DNA of 64,000 nucleotides from Fistulifera solaris (taxonomy: Eukaryota): assembly GCA_030295235.1 (NCBI GenBank), contig AP026157.1, forward strand, positions 1-64,000. The letters run 5' to 3'. The notes beneath the pieces are model-generated. The model saw nothing but the letters and a program-made list of their open reading frames with translations, was not told the DNA's origin and did not search any database. Positions within the stretch are counted from its first letter, which is position 1. Each line of letters opens with the position of its first letter. The translations under genes and the position numbers were made by a program. This document shows positions 52,864-64,000 of this stretch, piece by piece.

Positions 52864-53504
52864 GGTGACTTTTGTTGGGTATAATTGTATTGTTATTGTT
52901 GTTGAAAGCGCTCGATCTTTTTGCGACTGTGGGACGTGCGTATCTTGAGGAGTTCAACGTTGTTGTATGACGTCGAGAGAGATGAAGCAACGAGGTTCCG
53001 GAATGAAAACCTGTGTGATAAAATATGAAAGATTCCTGTTAGCCGGATTCCTTCATAGTTCTCGCTACGACAAAGGCTACGACATTTCCTTTTGTTCGCT
53101 TTCTTTATGACGAAGGCTAGACGAGATAGGCTGGCGCGATTTATGTCCTTTTATATATAACCAATCTAGTACCGTATTGGGATATAAGACGTGCCTTACT
53201 ACCATGATATCTTGCGGAGCTCACTCAACGGACAATCCTTGAGAGGCGAACGTCGATCGCCCAACGTTTCGCTTGCGAAACGCGGCAGCCGCCGCGAGCG
53301 ACCTTCGTTGTTGTGTTTGTTGCTTTGTTGTTGTTCTGGTTGTATCTCAATCAACAAAGTCTTGATTCATCTCCAACGTTTTAGTTTATCTTGAATATAT
53401 AATCGTTTTCAGCAAGAACGTGATTGTTTGATAATAAGATCCTTCTTTCTATTTATTCTTTCGGCAATTCACAAACTCTTTCACAAACAAACAGATAATA
53501 CAAC

Positions 53505-54357
53505 ATGAAATCGCACATTCTTGTATTCTGGTTGTCGTGCCTCTTGCGACAACGACAGCAGCTCCCGCTTTGGTATGGAAAAATGGGGCATCGCCAACAC
53601 CGACAATGCATCATTCGGAAGAGATTTCCATTCAATCGTTACTTCCACAGGAACAAGGAGTTGTGTTTGTCTTGCAACGTCTCCCCAATGGAGAAGAAGC
53701 TTTGACATCGATGGCATCGCAATTGACACAAACGGCCGCTGTACCGGCGCATTGTCAACACCATTCCGTGACAGGTGTCACCAGTGCGCATTTGTTGGCT
53801 CGTTCGGTCCCCAAGGCAGCCGAAGTGACTCTGGAAGAATATTTGCAATTGCCCCAAGTCATTCAACAATTGAAAACTTCGCAAGGAAAAGTTTCCATGA
53901 AATCGAAACAACGAGCTCAAACGTTGGAAACGGCGACCGTGTTGTTTGTCACGGTCGATACTACGGAACAGGATCGGTTGGATCCAGCCCTCGTGCAAGC
54001 CATTCACCAAGAACCGCACGTGGTATTGACGGCAGTACGTTCGTTGCAGGAAATCAATCACGAAAAAGAACAAGCCATGCAATATACGATGCAAATGCAT
54101 CGAGAAGCCGCGCGCCGTCGTTTGGAAGAAGATGCCGATCAACAGGGACAAGACAATGCGCAAGAGAATATGCAAATCAACAACAATAATCAATACGAAT
54201 ACATGAACTTGGTCCACATGACACCCAATATCTTGTCGGGAATCTTGTTTACGATCTTGTTTGCCACTATCACTTTGATTGGCATCACTTGTATGGGTTC
54301 CATTCAAGGACAAGATGTCTATGTCAAAAGATGCCTTCCATTGGGCGTGAAGCGTAA
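53505..54357 (+). CDS. V-ATPase accessory subunit Ac45/Voa1-like single-pass membrane protein
   Basis: Signal peptide; C-terminal MTPNILSGILFTILF..IG..CM.SIQ resembles the Ac45-VOA1 TM region; frameshifts at ~53535 and ~54328. Confidence 0.55.
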
Positions 54358-54661
54358 GAAAATGAAAAACAATTGTGGTAAATAACAAATAATAAAGTCG
54401 ATTCAAGAGTAGTCTTTTGAAAGTTCCTGCAGTTGTAGAACTAGTGTGCACATGATATGATCGTAGCCACTGGGTGGTGCGAGGGGAATACATACAATTT
54501 TATTCGCTTTCAAAGTAATACGGAGTATCTAACTATCGAATCCAGAAAAACACTACAATAATATAACTCGAAACGTAATATTGAGTTTCTATAGTTACGA
54601 GAAGGAGACACTTCCCTGCTGCACTAGCAAAAGAAACAAACTACGCTGTCTGTTTGCTGTT

Positions 54662-55981
54662 TTACTCAATCTTGGCGTAAAAGATACCCTTGGTCAAGAC
54701 CTTCTTGGGGATCTTGGATCCCATGTCGGTATCACCCAATTGCGTGGCAACAAAGACTCCACCAATTTCGCTTTCCTCCGCGTTCACCTTGTTGACTTCC
54801 ATTTCGATACGTCCCGTCGTGACATCGAATGTCTTGTTGTTCTCCTTGAACAATTCGTCATCACCCTCTTCTCCGGATTGCAGAGCGGGAAGAGCGACGG
54901 CCATGTCGTAACCGGTAGTACCACCACGTCCCTTGGGGTCCAAAAAGAGACCCGTGCGGTAGGAAGGAGTGTTGAAGTTACCTCCCATTTGGAAACCGGG
55001 CTTGAAGGCCGGTCCGTCACCCTGGCCACGAGTTCTTTAACGGTGAAAAGCAACGGAACACGTTCCCCTCCGGGCAACTGCACCGTGGTGGGAGCGTAAT
55101 CAATACCTTCTTCCTCACGGAAGACAATCTTGCCACCATCGTTGGAAAGGGATCCTTCAATGCCCTCCAACGTGTACGTCTGACGCGTCATGACCTTGGA
55201 GTTGACGAATTTCTTTTCCGTCTTTCCGGCACGGCCGATTTCTTCCTCGACGGCCCATGCCTTGGGCTCAATGCACATGTCGACCAAGCGGGCACCGGCC
55301 TTGGGGGTAATGGTGTCTTCCCCGACAACTTCGGCACAACGGTTGGCGAGACCGGTTCCCTTGACTTGCAAGTAGGAAAGGGAGTTGATTTCGGACTTGG
55401 TCAAGGCATGAGCTGGAGCGGTGGCCATGCCAAAGGCCAGAGCACCGACCAACGCGGCCTTTCCGGCGTTGGCAAGGTCTTCTTTAAGGACATTTGCAAC
55501 GCCGAGTTGCGCTGTGTTGAGGAAAGAGAGAGAGAATGTGAGTACGTGAACTTTTAAATGATTTTTTGCGTGATAATAATAAATACAAACAACAAAGAAG
55601 TAACGGATTGGTAGGATCAAACGAAACGATCATCCAGGTAGCAACAGTTTACTTTCAAGAGGATCGAAAGATCATCATTGTGGCTCTTCTTTGCGTTCGC
55701 TTTTGCTTCCGTTCGTCGCTTTTAATCCTTTGCCTGTCAAACAATCTGCAACCCATTCAAGTGCGAGTCATTACAGATAGATTGTCGATCGAAAGGATTC
55801 TAACGAACTCCTTGTAACACAGACACGAAAAAGGAGCGGAACCTTTTCTCTTTGTTGCGATCGCTTCCTACATGCTACAATCTACACTACTAATAATAAT
55901 ACTCACACTCGCCAAAGGAGCCGGGGCAAATGCCGAGGCCGAAGCCGCGAAAGCAAGAGAGCAAGCAGCAGAGAACTTCAT
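54662..55981 (-). CDS. psbO: Photosystem II extrinsic protein PsbO
   Basis: MKFSAACSLAFAASASA|FAP; intron ~55512-55906; LSYLQVKGTGLANRC, MTRQTYTL, GIDYAPTTVQLPGGERVP, PSYRTGLFLDPKGRGGTTGYDMAVALP; frameshifts at ~55484 and ~55025. Confidence 0.97.
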
Positions 55982-56980
55982 GGTCGTTTTGTTGTGAATC
56001 AAATAGCGATGTGAGAAAGCAGCAGAAGGTAAACAAACACCAGCAACAGCGTGAAGATATTTTGGTGCGGCGAGACATCAAGTTGAGGATGTATCTTTGT
56101 CACTGTTCGACCCGATTCCATTGATTACATTTGTATGTACAGTAAGAAGGCACTTTTGTTTACGGAACCGCGTTCGTTAAAACCACTCACGAAAGTGGAT
56201 TGGCAGAATTCCCTACCGAAACGGTTACGTCAGTCGATCGCGCGGAGGAACCGAGAAGTGCCAGAAGATGTCGGTGTGGTACAGAACCCAGCTTCGTAAT
56301 AGCCGAAATTCTTTCCTCAAAACGAACTTCGATTACGTATAATCCATACAAAGACGAATGATGAAAGATAGCCCTTCATCGATCAGCATAATCTATTGTA
56401 TCAAGAGATAAGAATTATGCGAAAAAGCTTAGCCTTCATTTTCGAGGACTGCAATTCGGAGCAAAGTAAAAGGACACGCTAAACTCTCAACTATTATTTT
56501 ATTTATTACGTTGAACTTTCTTCCGTCCGTTCCATCATCTAATCAACCGACGTCTAAAATATACAACAATGTCATTTTATCGTTTGCAAGTTTCAATTGG
56601 GATAGTGAACTCGGGTGAACGAATGAAGCTCTCTTTATGCGGGACTGTCTGAAACTCAGTCACGGGTCAAAGCACCGTCAACCAACAGTTTGGGTCTATA
56701 GTCATTATAACTGCATATCTCTTTTACACTTTCAGGGATAGTAGAATGTACGGGATGACGTCACGCTGCCGAGTCCTGAACGAGCGTCCGTCCTTCAATC
56801 CATAATGTCTCGTTTTGGCGGCATTTCTTTTGTCGTCACGCTCGTTTTTTTCGCCCTCGTTGCGACGATTGACAGCATTATTATTTGTCGACCTTCTTCT
56901 GGTTATAATTGCTCATTCAGCTTCCTTAATCACCCTTAACACTAACTGCTTTTTATTGAGAGAAATAGAATCAACTGTAA

Positions 56981-58297
56981 ATGTCGAAAGCCGACGATAT
57001 AACGAATAATTTGACAAACGACAACAATCAAGACGATGAAAAAGACACTTCTGCTTCGTCCAAACGACCCCGATCATCGGAAGACGAAGAAGACGAAGAA
57101 AGCGTATCGATTGATTTAGATTCACTCGATCGAGAATCTCTTATGGCTTTATTGACACAAATTTCGGCATCGCAAAACATTCCTCTTTCCGTCTTGTTGC
57201 AATCGTTGGGGCAGTCTTCCTCCTCGTATTATGACGATAGCGATGAAGAGATCGAATATCCTTTCGGAACAGTACCCACCAATCTACAACAAGTTGCTGC
57301 TTTTATACAAAGCGATCAATGTCAACGCATACTCGTCTTGGCGGGCGCCGGCATGAGTGTGGCGGCCGGCATTCCCGATTATCGCAGTGAGAATGGCTTT
57401 TATGCGACACTACCAGCCCACCGTCTCACGGCGACACCCCAACAACAAGCCGCGATTCAACACGACAAGACGTTCGCATTGGATCAACACTTGTTTTTGG
57501 AGAATCCATTGCCGTGTTTGGAATTGAAACGTGATTTTATTTTGGGAGTGGCGGAACGGCGGTGGAAACCGACTTTGGCGCATCGGTTTTGTGCTTTGTT
57601 AGCAAAACATTCCCAGAAATTGGTGCGATGGTATACGCAGAACATTGATGGGTTGGAAGATTTGGCAACGTTAAGGGACAAAGTGGTGCATGTGCACGGA
57701 ACCATGTCGCAAGCGGATTGTGCGCATTGTCGGGCAATGCAAGACACGGAAGCCTTTCATCAACACGTGAAAACGCACATTCAAGATGTCACCGGGCAAG
57801 ATGTAACGGCGCCAACAACATCCCAGCCGATGCTTTGCAGTCAGTGTCACCAACCGGGTGTCAAACCCGCCATTGTCTTGTTTCGGAGTAGTTTGCCCAA
57901 AGTCTTTTTTGAAACATTGCCGCAAGACCTACAAGACATTGATTTGTTGTTGATTTTGGGGACTTCGTTAAGAGTGGCGCCCGCCAATTCCATTGTATGG
58001 CGGGTTCCTTCCTCGTGTTTGCGGGTCGTCATCAATCGGGAACCTGTTGGACAACATTTGGGGATTCGACATTCAAACAGCAAACGCGATTTTCATGCGG
58101 CCGGGGATTGTGAGTCCGTGGTATTGGAGTTGATGGAACATTTGGGATGGTTGTCCTTATTGGAAGAGTGTGTCGATGATTTGCCGCCCAGTAGTGCACA
58201 ATTGTTGCGTCACAAGTTAGCGGAAAAGAAGAAAGAAGCGCAGGAGAGTGACAAGGAAGTTAGCACGGAGAGTGACAAGGCAGTTGACAAAGTGTAG
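56981..58297 (+). CDS. Sir2-family NAD+-dependent deacylase (class I, SIRT2-like)
   Basis: Intact 438 aa; GAGMSVAAGIPDYRS, YTQNIDGLE, HG + CxxC..CxxC, KPAIVLF, GTSL.V.P, INRE. Confidence 0.95.
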   Translation: MSKADDITNNLTNDNNQDDEKDTSASSKRPRSSEDEEDEESVSIDLDSLDRESLMALLTQISASQNIPLSVLLQSLGQSSSSYYDDSDEEIEYPFGTVPTNLQQVAAFIQSDQCQRILVLAGAGMSVAAGIPDYRSENGFYATLPAHRLTATPQQQAAIQHDKTFALDQHLFLENPLPCLELKRDFILGVAERRWKPTLAHRFCALLAKHSQKLVRWYTQNIDGLEDLATLRDKVVHVHGTMSQADCAHCRAMQDTEAFHQHVKTHIQDVTGQDVTAPTTSQPMLCSQCHQPGVKPAIVLFRSSLPKVFFETLPQDLQDIDLLLILGTSLRVAPANSIVWRVPSSCLRVVINREPVGQHLGIRHSNSKRDFHAAGDCESVVLELMEHLGWLSLLEECVDDLPPSSAQLLRHKLAEKKKEAQESDKEVSTESDKAVDKV

Positions 58298-58761
58298 GAT
58301 CCATCGTCATGATTGTATGAGTCTTCAAGTCGTCAAAATCCAAAGCGTTTCAAGTTAGAAACGTCATTTGGGTCTATAGTCTAGTGCACATGTTCCAGCC
58401 TGGTCGACACTTGGACGATGTCAGGTTGACTACGATTGGGCAAACCTGATGGTGTACCGCTTGCCACGCCAGGCTTTGTCTGCATGCTTTACGTGGCACG
58501 GACTTCAGTATGCGGATGCTTTTACCTTTTAGAAAGCACGGATCAAGAAAATATCGATGGCTTCACCGTGTAGTGATAAAGAATGATGTTCGACGAAGCG
58601 CTCCGCAAAGCTATAGCTACATTGGTGCGCTTGATGAAATTTTTTATAAGGCGGGAAATCTTATTCTCTTATTTCGTACCGATTGTATGCCATCAATGCT
58701 TCTTATACAATTAAATCTCTGCGTTCCGCGCCGTCCGAAGATGAATAATAGGAGTACAAGT

Positions 58762-59926
58762 TCAACTGTCCTCCCGGAGTGTTTCAAGTACCCTCTCTCC
58801 GTATGTTTCAATCATAGATTCGTCCATGACTCCCTTGAGCTGACGCAACTCGTCCATTGTTTTCGGATTCACGTGTGCCAAAATATTCATGGCCGTTCGA
58901 TCGCATATATCTTCCCAATTACATCTTCGGAAATTCCCCAATAGATCACCTTGGCATACAAATGATTGTCTCGCGCATCCACACGATATGATTCTTCTTC
59001 GTCGCCAACATCGTCGTCACTGGAGTCACTATCATTCGTACGGTCATTGTACTCCAATCGGGGTCGATTCAACGACTGTTTCACACTCGTTCGACCAAAA
59101 TGCAATTCTTTGTGCAGGACATCTTCGTGAGACAGCGGCGCACGCTTCCAATCGGGATATTTCGCCACCAAAAATCAAGCATTGTCTTCTTCCGTCAAGT
59201 ACACGGGATCTTGGAAAAAGCCATTGCGCAAATACGCATCCGCATTTTTTCGCAACCGATGCGGGCACGGTTTTTGGTTCTCAAAGTTGGGTGTTCGTTG
59301 CTTCCAGTTCATAGAGGTCAAAAATCGTACAAGAGACAATAGGCCGAAGTAATGGGATGTTCTTGTTTGATCTCGGGATGATTGAGTAGTTGGTGAATGG
59401 CGATGGTTTCAATGTCTTCTCGGTCCGCGTAAAATGCGGCATCCACAATCGATAATTGTGAAATCACGAGAAACGAAGGTCCGTACGCATCGTATAATGC
59501 CAACGCAGGCAATTGCGTCCGACCTCCTTCGTCAAACAGGACGGCCGTTAACCATTGCATTTCTCCGCTGTGTGCATCCATGTACTCGGAAAAATAACCG
59601 TTGCGAATGCGACTGCGATCGATGATTTCGGCTCGAATGAATCCGATGGGCTTATTTTCTTGTTGCGTGTCATCATTCGGTTGTTGCGGAACAAACATAA
59701 TGTGAAAATAGAAGAATTGAAAGCATTCTAATTCGTCGGAGACATCGGAATTGTCGTCATCGTCATCGATCGAGTCGTTATAAGATGATTCTTCATCATC
59801 GTTTTGTTTCGCCTTCTTGGTGGCTGGCTCTTCTCTTTCTTTCGACCGGCTTTCCTCATCCCATCGACGCCGACTGCTTTCTTCGAGATAGATGCTTCCT
59901 TCTCTATGACCTTTGAAGCTCACCAT
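58762..59926 (-). pseudogene. Hypothetical protein with a C-terminal HRDC-like domain; frameshifts and one in-frame TGA
   Basis: Reconstructed: acidic N-terminus, IDRSRI..F...MDAHSGE.Q....LFD, NGFFQDP, then PKTMDELRQLKGV..E..IETYGERVLETL; stop at ~59176 and indels at ~59322 and ~58892. Confidence 0.5.
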
Positions 59927-60249
59927 GTTGATTAAAATTAGGAAGCGAACTATAATACTTCTTGTCTTTCCTATCATTCATTTGAAGGAGAATGCGAACG
60001 AGACGCGACGAAACCGCGAAAATGCAACGATTGTGGCAGGCGCCCGTGAGAGGCGGAAAAGTTAAGGTTAAGGGAACCATTACAGTACCGGGGGTACCTG
60101 GTAACCCCTTATCCCGGAGTAGACTCTAGGTCTCTACTCTCTACTAGGTCTAGATTTCTACTCCGTGTTATTGATGAAACAAAATTGGAATTATCGGTGT
60201 CTAGCGACATAAGGATAACAGAGATTCTGTATAGATTAGAAAATGCTTG

Positions 60250-60745
60250 CGGTCAAACAAAGATTCTATGGTCGTTCCAGAAATTCTGGAGTCAGTAATT
60301 TGGGTCATACGAAAGTCTGTGGTCGTTCCAGAAATTCTGGAATCTATACTTTATTAAAACAAACAGAGATTCTGTGGTCGTTCCAGAAATTCTGAACCCA
60401 TTGGTTTGCGTCAATAAGCGATTTTGTGCCAGTTCCAAAAATTCTGGAATTGTTGTGTTCTGTGATAGTTCCAGAAATTCTGGAATCGAAGCTTTGGATC
60501 AACCAGAGATTGTGTGGTCGTTCCAGAAACTCTGGAAAGTGTGTTTTGGAACCAACAGAGATTCTGGGGTCGTTCGGAAATTCTGGACCCGTTGTTTTGG
60601 GTTCAAACATAGATTCTGTGGTCGTTCAAGAAATTCTGGAAAAGTTGTTTTGGGTCAAACAGAGATTCTGTGGTCGTTCCAGAAATTCTAGAATCTATAT
60701 TTTGGATCCAACAGATATTCTGTGGTCGTTCCAGAAATTCTGACG
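60250..60745. repeat. 52-bp minisatellite (10 units) with palindromic core TTCCAGAAATTCTGGAA
   Basis: GTCGTTCCAGAAATTCTG-like cores at 60271, 60322, 60377, 60429, 60465, 60517, 60569, 60621, 60673 and 60725. Confidence 0.92.
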
Positions 60746-60758
60746 GAAAGCCCTGATC

Positions 60759-61130
60759 TTAAAAAAAATTGAAACATGCACAGAATCTCTGTGCCATTTT
60801 CAACGTGTGAAGCGCTGGGTGTTCTTTCAGGCCGTCAAAAAGTTCCGCGAAATTTCGTCTCTTCCACTTGAGCGAACTGCGAACAGTCGTCGTTATATCC
60901 AGTACTTGCAGGTTAATATTGGCTAGCGCTGTGCGTATAAGCTCGCGAGAAACAGCAGTGGGTATGTGAATACCACTTTTCGACGAGTGAAACTTGATTT
61001 TCAGCTCGACAAGATGCCCTAACTCGGCTAATCGTCGGAATAGAGAAACTACGGGCTCACTCGGAAAGCGGGTGCGACTTAATTCAAAGCTCATCTCGTA
61101 GCAACGTACATGTCGGCAATTCTCCTCCAT
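60759..61130 (-). pseudogene. Internal fragment of the expanded RNI/LRR-like family
   Basis: EPV.SLFRRLAELGHLVELKI, ELIRTALAN.NLQVLDI, LFDGLKEH..L.TL; truncated at both ends. Confidence 0.7.
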
Positions 61131-61349
61131 TCTTCCACTTCGTCACATGCTCCGGCTCAAGATAGCCAGACGGAAGCATTCCTAGTAGCGCGCTTGGACC
61201 TTTTGTTGCATAACCCATTGTTTCCAGTTAAAAGGCAAAGTGGAGAAGAAGAGAGACGACGATCGTTGGCTATGGCGCCTTTGAGAGGCGGAAAAGTGAT
61301 CGCGTCTTATTGGTATTCTTTTATAGAAAAATGAGGTCATCAAATCTAT

Positions 61350-61908
61350 CCTTGAAATTTCAGTATGAAACGGAATGTTGGCTTACCCAGCCCAGACTGG
61401 ATTGTACAGTAGTCATGAATCATGAACCGAACAACAAAGGGTTTCGTTTTGCGTCTCTAGCATCCGTCCATTGTCATCCAACTGAGCATAAAATAATAAT
61501 AACGGTTAAGTAAAGTCGCAACAATGATGATTCTGAACTAATTGCTTAGAGTTTCTTTTATTTTCACGTCAAAATAATCCGAGGATCGACACCTTGAATT
61601 TTCACTATGAAGCGGAGTGTTGGTTTACGCCAGCCAAGACTGGATTGTACAGTAGTCATGAATCATGAACCGAACAACAAAGGGTTCCGTTTTGCGTCTC
61701 TCGCATCCGTCCATTGTCATTCATCTGAGCATAAAATATTAATAACGGGTATATAGAGTTGCAACAATGATGATTCTGAACTAATTGCTTAGAGTTTCTT
61801 TTATTTTCACGTCAAAATAATCCGAGGATCGACACCTTGAATTTTCACTATGAAGCGGAGTGTTGGTTTACGCCAGCCAAGACTGGATTGTACAGTAGTC
61901 ATGAATCA
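61350..61908 (-). repeat. Tandem array of 243-bp units (2.3 copies), array B, inverted relative to array A
   Basis: AGACTGGATTGTACAGTAGTCATG blocks with CAT at 61414, 61657 and 61900 (243-bp period); reverse complement of the 39.8-kb unit. Confidence 0.92.
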
Positions 61909-62269
61909 GACCCCCCTTCATCAAAACGAACGTTTACTTTTCGGACAAAGAAAAAATAACGGGACTTTGTTGCGAGCAAAAATGGACGCGAGACCGGCGC
62001 GGCGGAGCGACGTACACACGTTATTTGGTGACATATCCCTCGTGACTATAACCTGAGGCTCAATCCCACGAGCTACATTCCGCCGTAATATTTCTTCCTG
62101 CATGAATTGTACCTAGACGAAAAGAACTAGCTAAAACTGGGTTCTTGAATTGCGGAGAGTTTGCTCTCCGGAAGAGCAGTAGTCCTTCCATGAAAACAGA
62201 TCGTCCCATCAAAGTAGAAAAAGCAAGGCGCTAAAGGTATTTGTTTGTGTCTAAGAGTAATTTGGTTCC

Positions 62270-62895
62270 TAAAAATAAACCTCGACTTTCGTCTTTCAAA
62301 AAGTCACTCGATGACACCTTTCGTCTGCGTTTCTGACTTCGGTTAATTGGTGACGTCGTGGGATCGTCCCCCACTTCGCAAAAGCCTTCCAGTTGAACTG
62401 CCTACAAGAGTGCCGTGCGCTGAAAGTCGTACGAAGCGCTGTTTAATAAGGTAGATGATACCAAGCATGATCGCTACCATTGCGTTGCTACCACCAAACC
62501 CTCAGAACCTTGATAGAAGCGGTTGAGCGCCTACAACTGATCAATAAATAGCCCATCCATGTAAATATCACCTCTCTCATTCATCACAGTGACTTTTCGG
62601 TTTTTAGATAGCAACTTCCGAAGAAGGGTAAAGGAAGGACCACCGAACACGTAGTGTTCGTCGTCAACACTGATATTTAACGTACGAAGGAATTTGTGAT
62701 CTTCAATGCCCTCAAAAAGCATCCAGCAGTGCATGGTCCATCGAAAATTGTCAGGGTCTGTTACCAAATCAAGGACCTGCAGATTTCTATCGGCGAGTGC
62801 GGTGCTCACAAGCTCATTTTACGTCGGATATTTGCCGTATCTCGCATGTATGTCGTATGTCGTTCTATCTTGTACTTTGCTCAATTCACGAAAAT
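62270..62895 (-). pseudogene. C-terminal fragment of the expanded RNI/LRR-like family, with in-frame stops
   Basis: ELVSTALADRNLQVLDL..HKFLRTL..LRKLLSKNR..IDQL*ALNRFYQGS..W*RSCLV..SYDFQRTALL*. Confidence 0.7.
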
Positions 62896-62899
62896 ATCT

Positions 62900-64000
62900 T
62901 TAACCCAATGAACGCGTTCGCTTTCGACCTTGTCTCGACGGTTTAAGAGCGTAAGCCCCCAAATCAACATCTGCATCGACAAGCGAATATTGAACGGATT
63001 CACACAGTAAATCGAGGTGATCGGATAACAGCAGAGCGGAGCGCTGCAGATCGTTTCGTGAGTTCTTCAGTAAAGCAGTCGCCACCAACGACAATCGCTC
63101 CGAGGGTGGCTCTGCAACAAGCCCCACCGAGCCCCGATAAAATCGATTAAGGGAATAATGTGCATTGATCATCAATCCATTGGTAAAAATTTGATCGTCG
63201 AAATTCATCACTACGACATTTCGGTTGTGACTTAGGAGCTGCCGAAGACGATCAAAGTTAGGACCGAACGCTAATTCTTTATCCTTCACGTCGAGTTTTA
63301 CTATGCGAAGACCCTTGTGATCTCGTAAGCCTGTCAAGAGTGTCGATATGTGCCAGTCCCAATCTAGACGCCCTTCATCCACACACAAATCCAAAACTTC
63401 TAAGCTTTCATTGGCAAGAACGACGCGGATAAGTTCTTCCACGATTCTTTTAGATAAGTCGACGGTTTCCCAAGTTTTGAAACTGATATGCAACTCTCTC
63501 AAATGCCTCAAATCAGCGAGACGTCGGAGAAACGCGATCACTGGCTCAGCTGCAAATAACTTCGTGTCATGCTGGGCGGGATCAATAATCATTATAAAAA
63601 GCTTTTCGGCTTTAATGTCAATGTCACCAGTTAGAGCAGTATCCAGTGAAGCTGCGCTAAGACAAAAGTCAAGGGAATTTGTTTTAGCAGCCAAAAACTG
63701 ACGAGTAATATCATCTGAGGCTTCCCTGAGAGGTATCTCTAAATGTTCGATGGCGTCAATTTGAAAGAGTCGTTGCAAATTGTTTTCATTGAGAGCATTT
63801 GTAAAGGGAAAATTGAGCGAGCCGAACGATGATTGCCGAGTTTCGAGCACACTCACAAAAGCAGTTCCCTGGTCTGAAAACGTACAATCCTGTAAAACGA
63901 TCGAAGTAGCACGAGGACGAGCGGCTATCACAGCCGACTGCTCGGCACTCAGCGCAATGTCTTGAAAATCGATCGTCGAGGACGATGAACACGCCTCGAA
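62900..64000 (-). CDS. Member of the expanded RNI/LRR-like family (5' end outside the window)
   Basis: 343-aa open 3' part, homologous to the 5000-6629 gene. Confidence 0.75.
   Translation of the reverse strand, partial: FEACSSSSTIDFQDIALSAEQSAVIAARPRATSIVLQDCTFSDQGTAFVSVLETRQSSFGSLNFPFTNALNENNLQRLFQIDAIEHLEIPLREASDDITRQFLAAKTNSLDFCLSAASLDTALTGDIDIKAEKLFIMIIDPAQHDTKLFAAEPVIAFLRRLADLRHLRELHISFKTWETVDLSKRIVEELIRVVLANESLEVLDLCVDEGRLDWDWHISTLLTGLRDHKGLRIVKLDVKDKELAFGPNFDRLRQLLSHNRNVVVMNFDDQIFTNGLMINAHYSLNRFYRGSVGLVAEPPSERLSLVATALLKNSRNDLQRSALLLSDHLDLLCESVQYSLVDADVDLGAYALKPSRQGRKRTRSLG

Noticed and set aside
60250..60745. CRISPR-like array (palindromic repeats with variable linkers)
   Set aside because: The linkers are homologous to each other rather than unique spacers, no cas genes are present, and the host is a eukaryote; it is a minisatellite

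Overview
Left end of a eukaryotic chromosome. A (CCCTAA)n telomere (1-417) is followed by gene-dense DNA with short GT-AG introns. It is clearly from a diatom: bipartite ASA-FAP plastid signals, nuclear psbO and psbQ', a DUF6824 protein and FBP1-like genes. An expanded RNI/LRR-like hypothetical family suggests Fistulifera, but this is inference only. There are about 24 genes or gene remnants, many broken by 1-bp homopolymer indels that look like long-read assembly errors. Highlights: (i) a 9.4-kb cell-surface cluster of two FBP1/DesE-like siderophore-binding proteins, head-to-head with a Cys-rich tandem-domain membrane protein and a paralogue whose ectodomain is replaced by His/Pro repeats; (ii) a 724-bp non-autonomous Helitron carrying (TCTA)138 between the FBP genes; (iii) a hAT-type MITE with an 8-bp TSD; (iv) dispersed minisatellites built on the palindrome TTCCAGAA-A-TTCTGGAA; (v) two inverted 243-bp-unit arrays with matching boundaries; (vi) a strong excess of exact 7-bp tandem duplications in intergenic DNA; (vii) a P5B ATPase with a signal peptide and Cys-rich luminal domain. 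All family calls come from motif recognition, not database searches.
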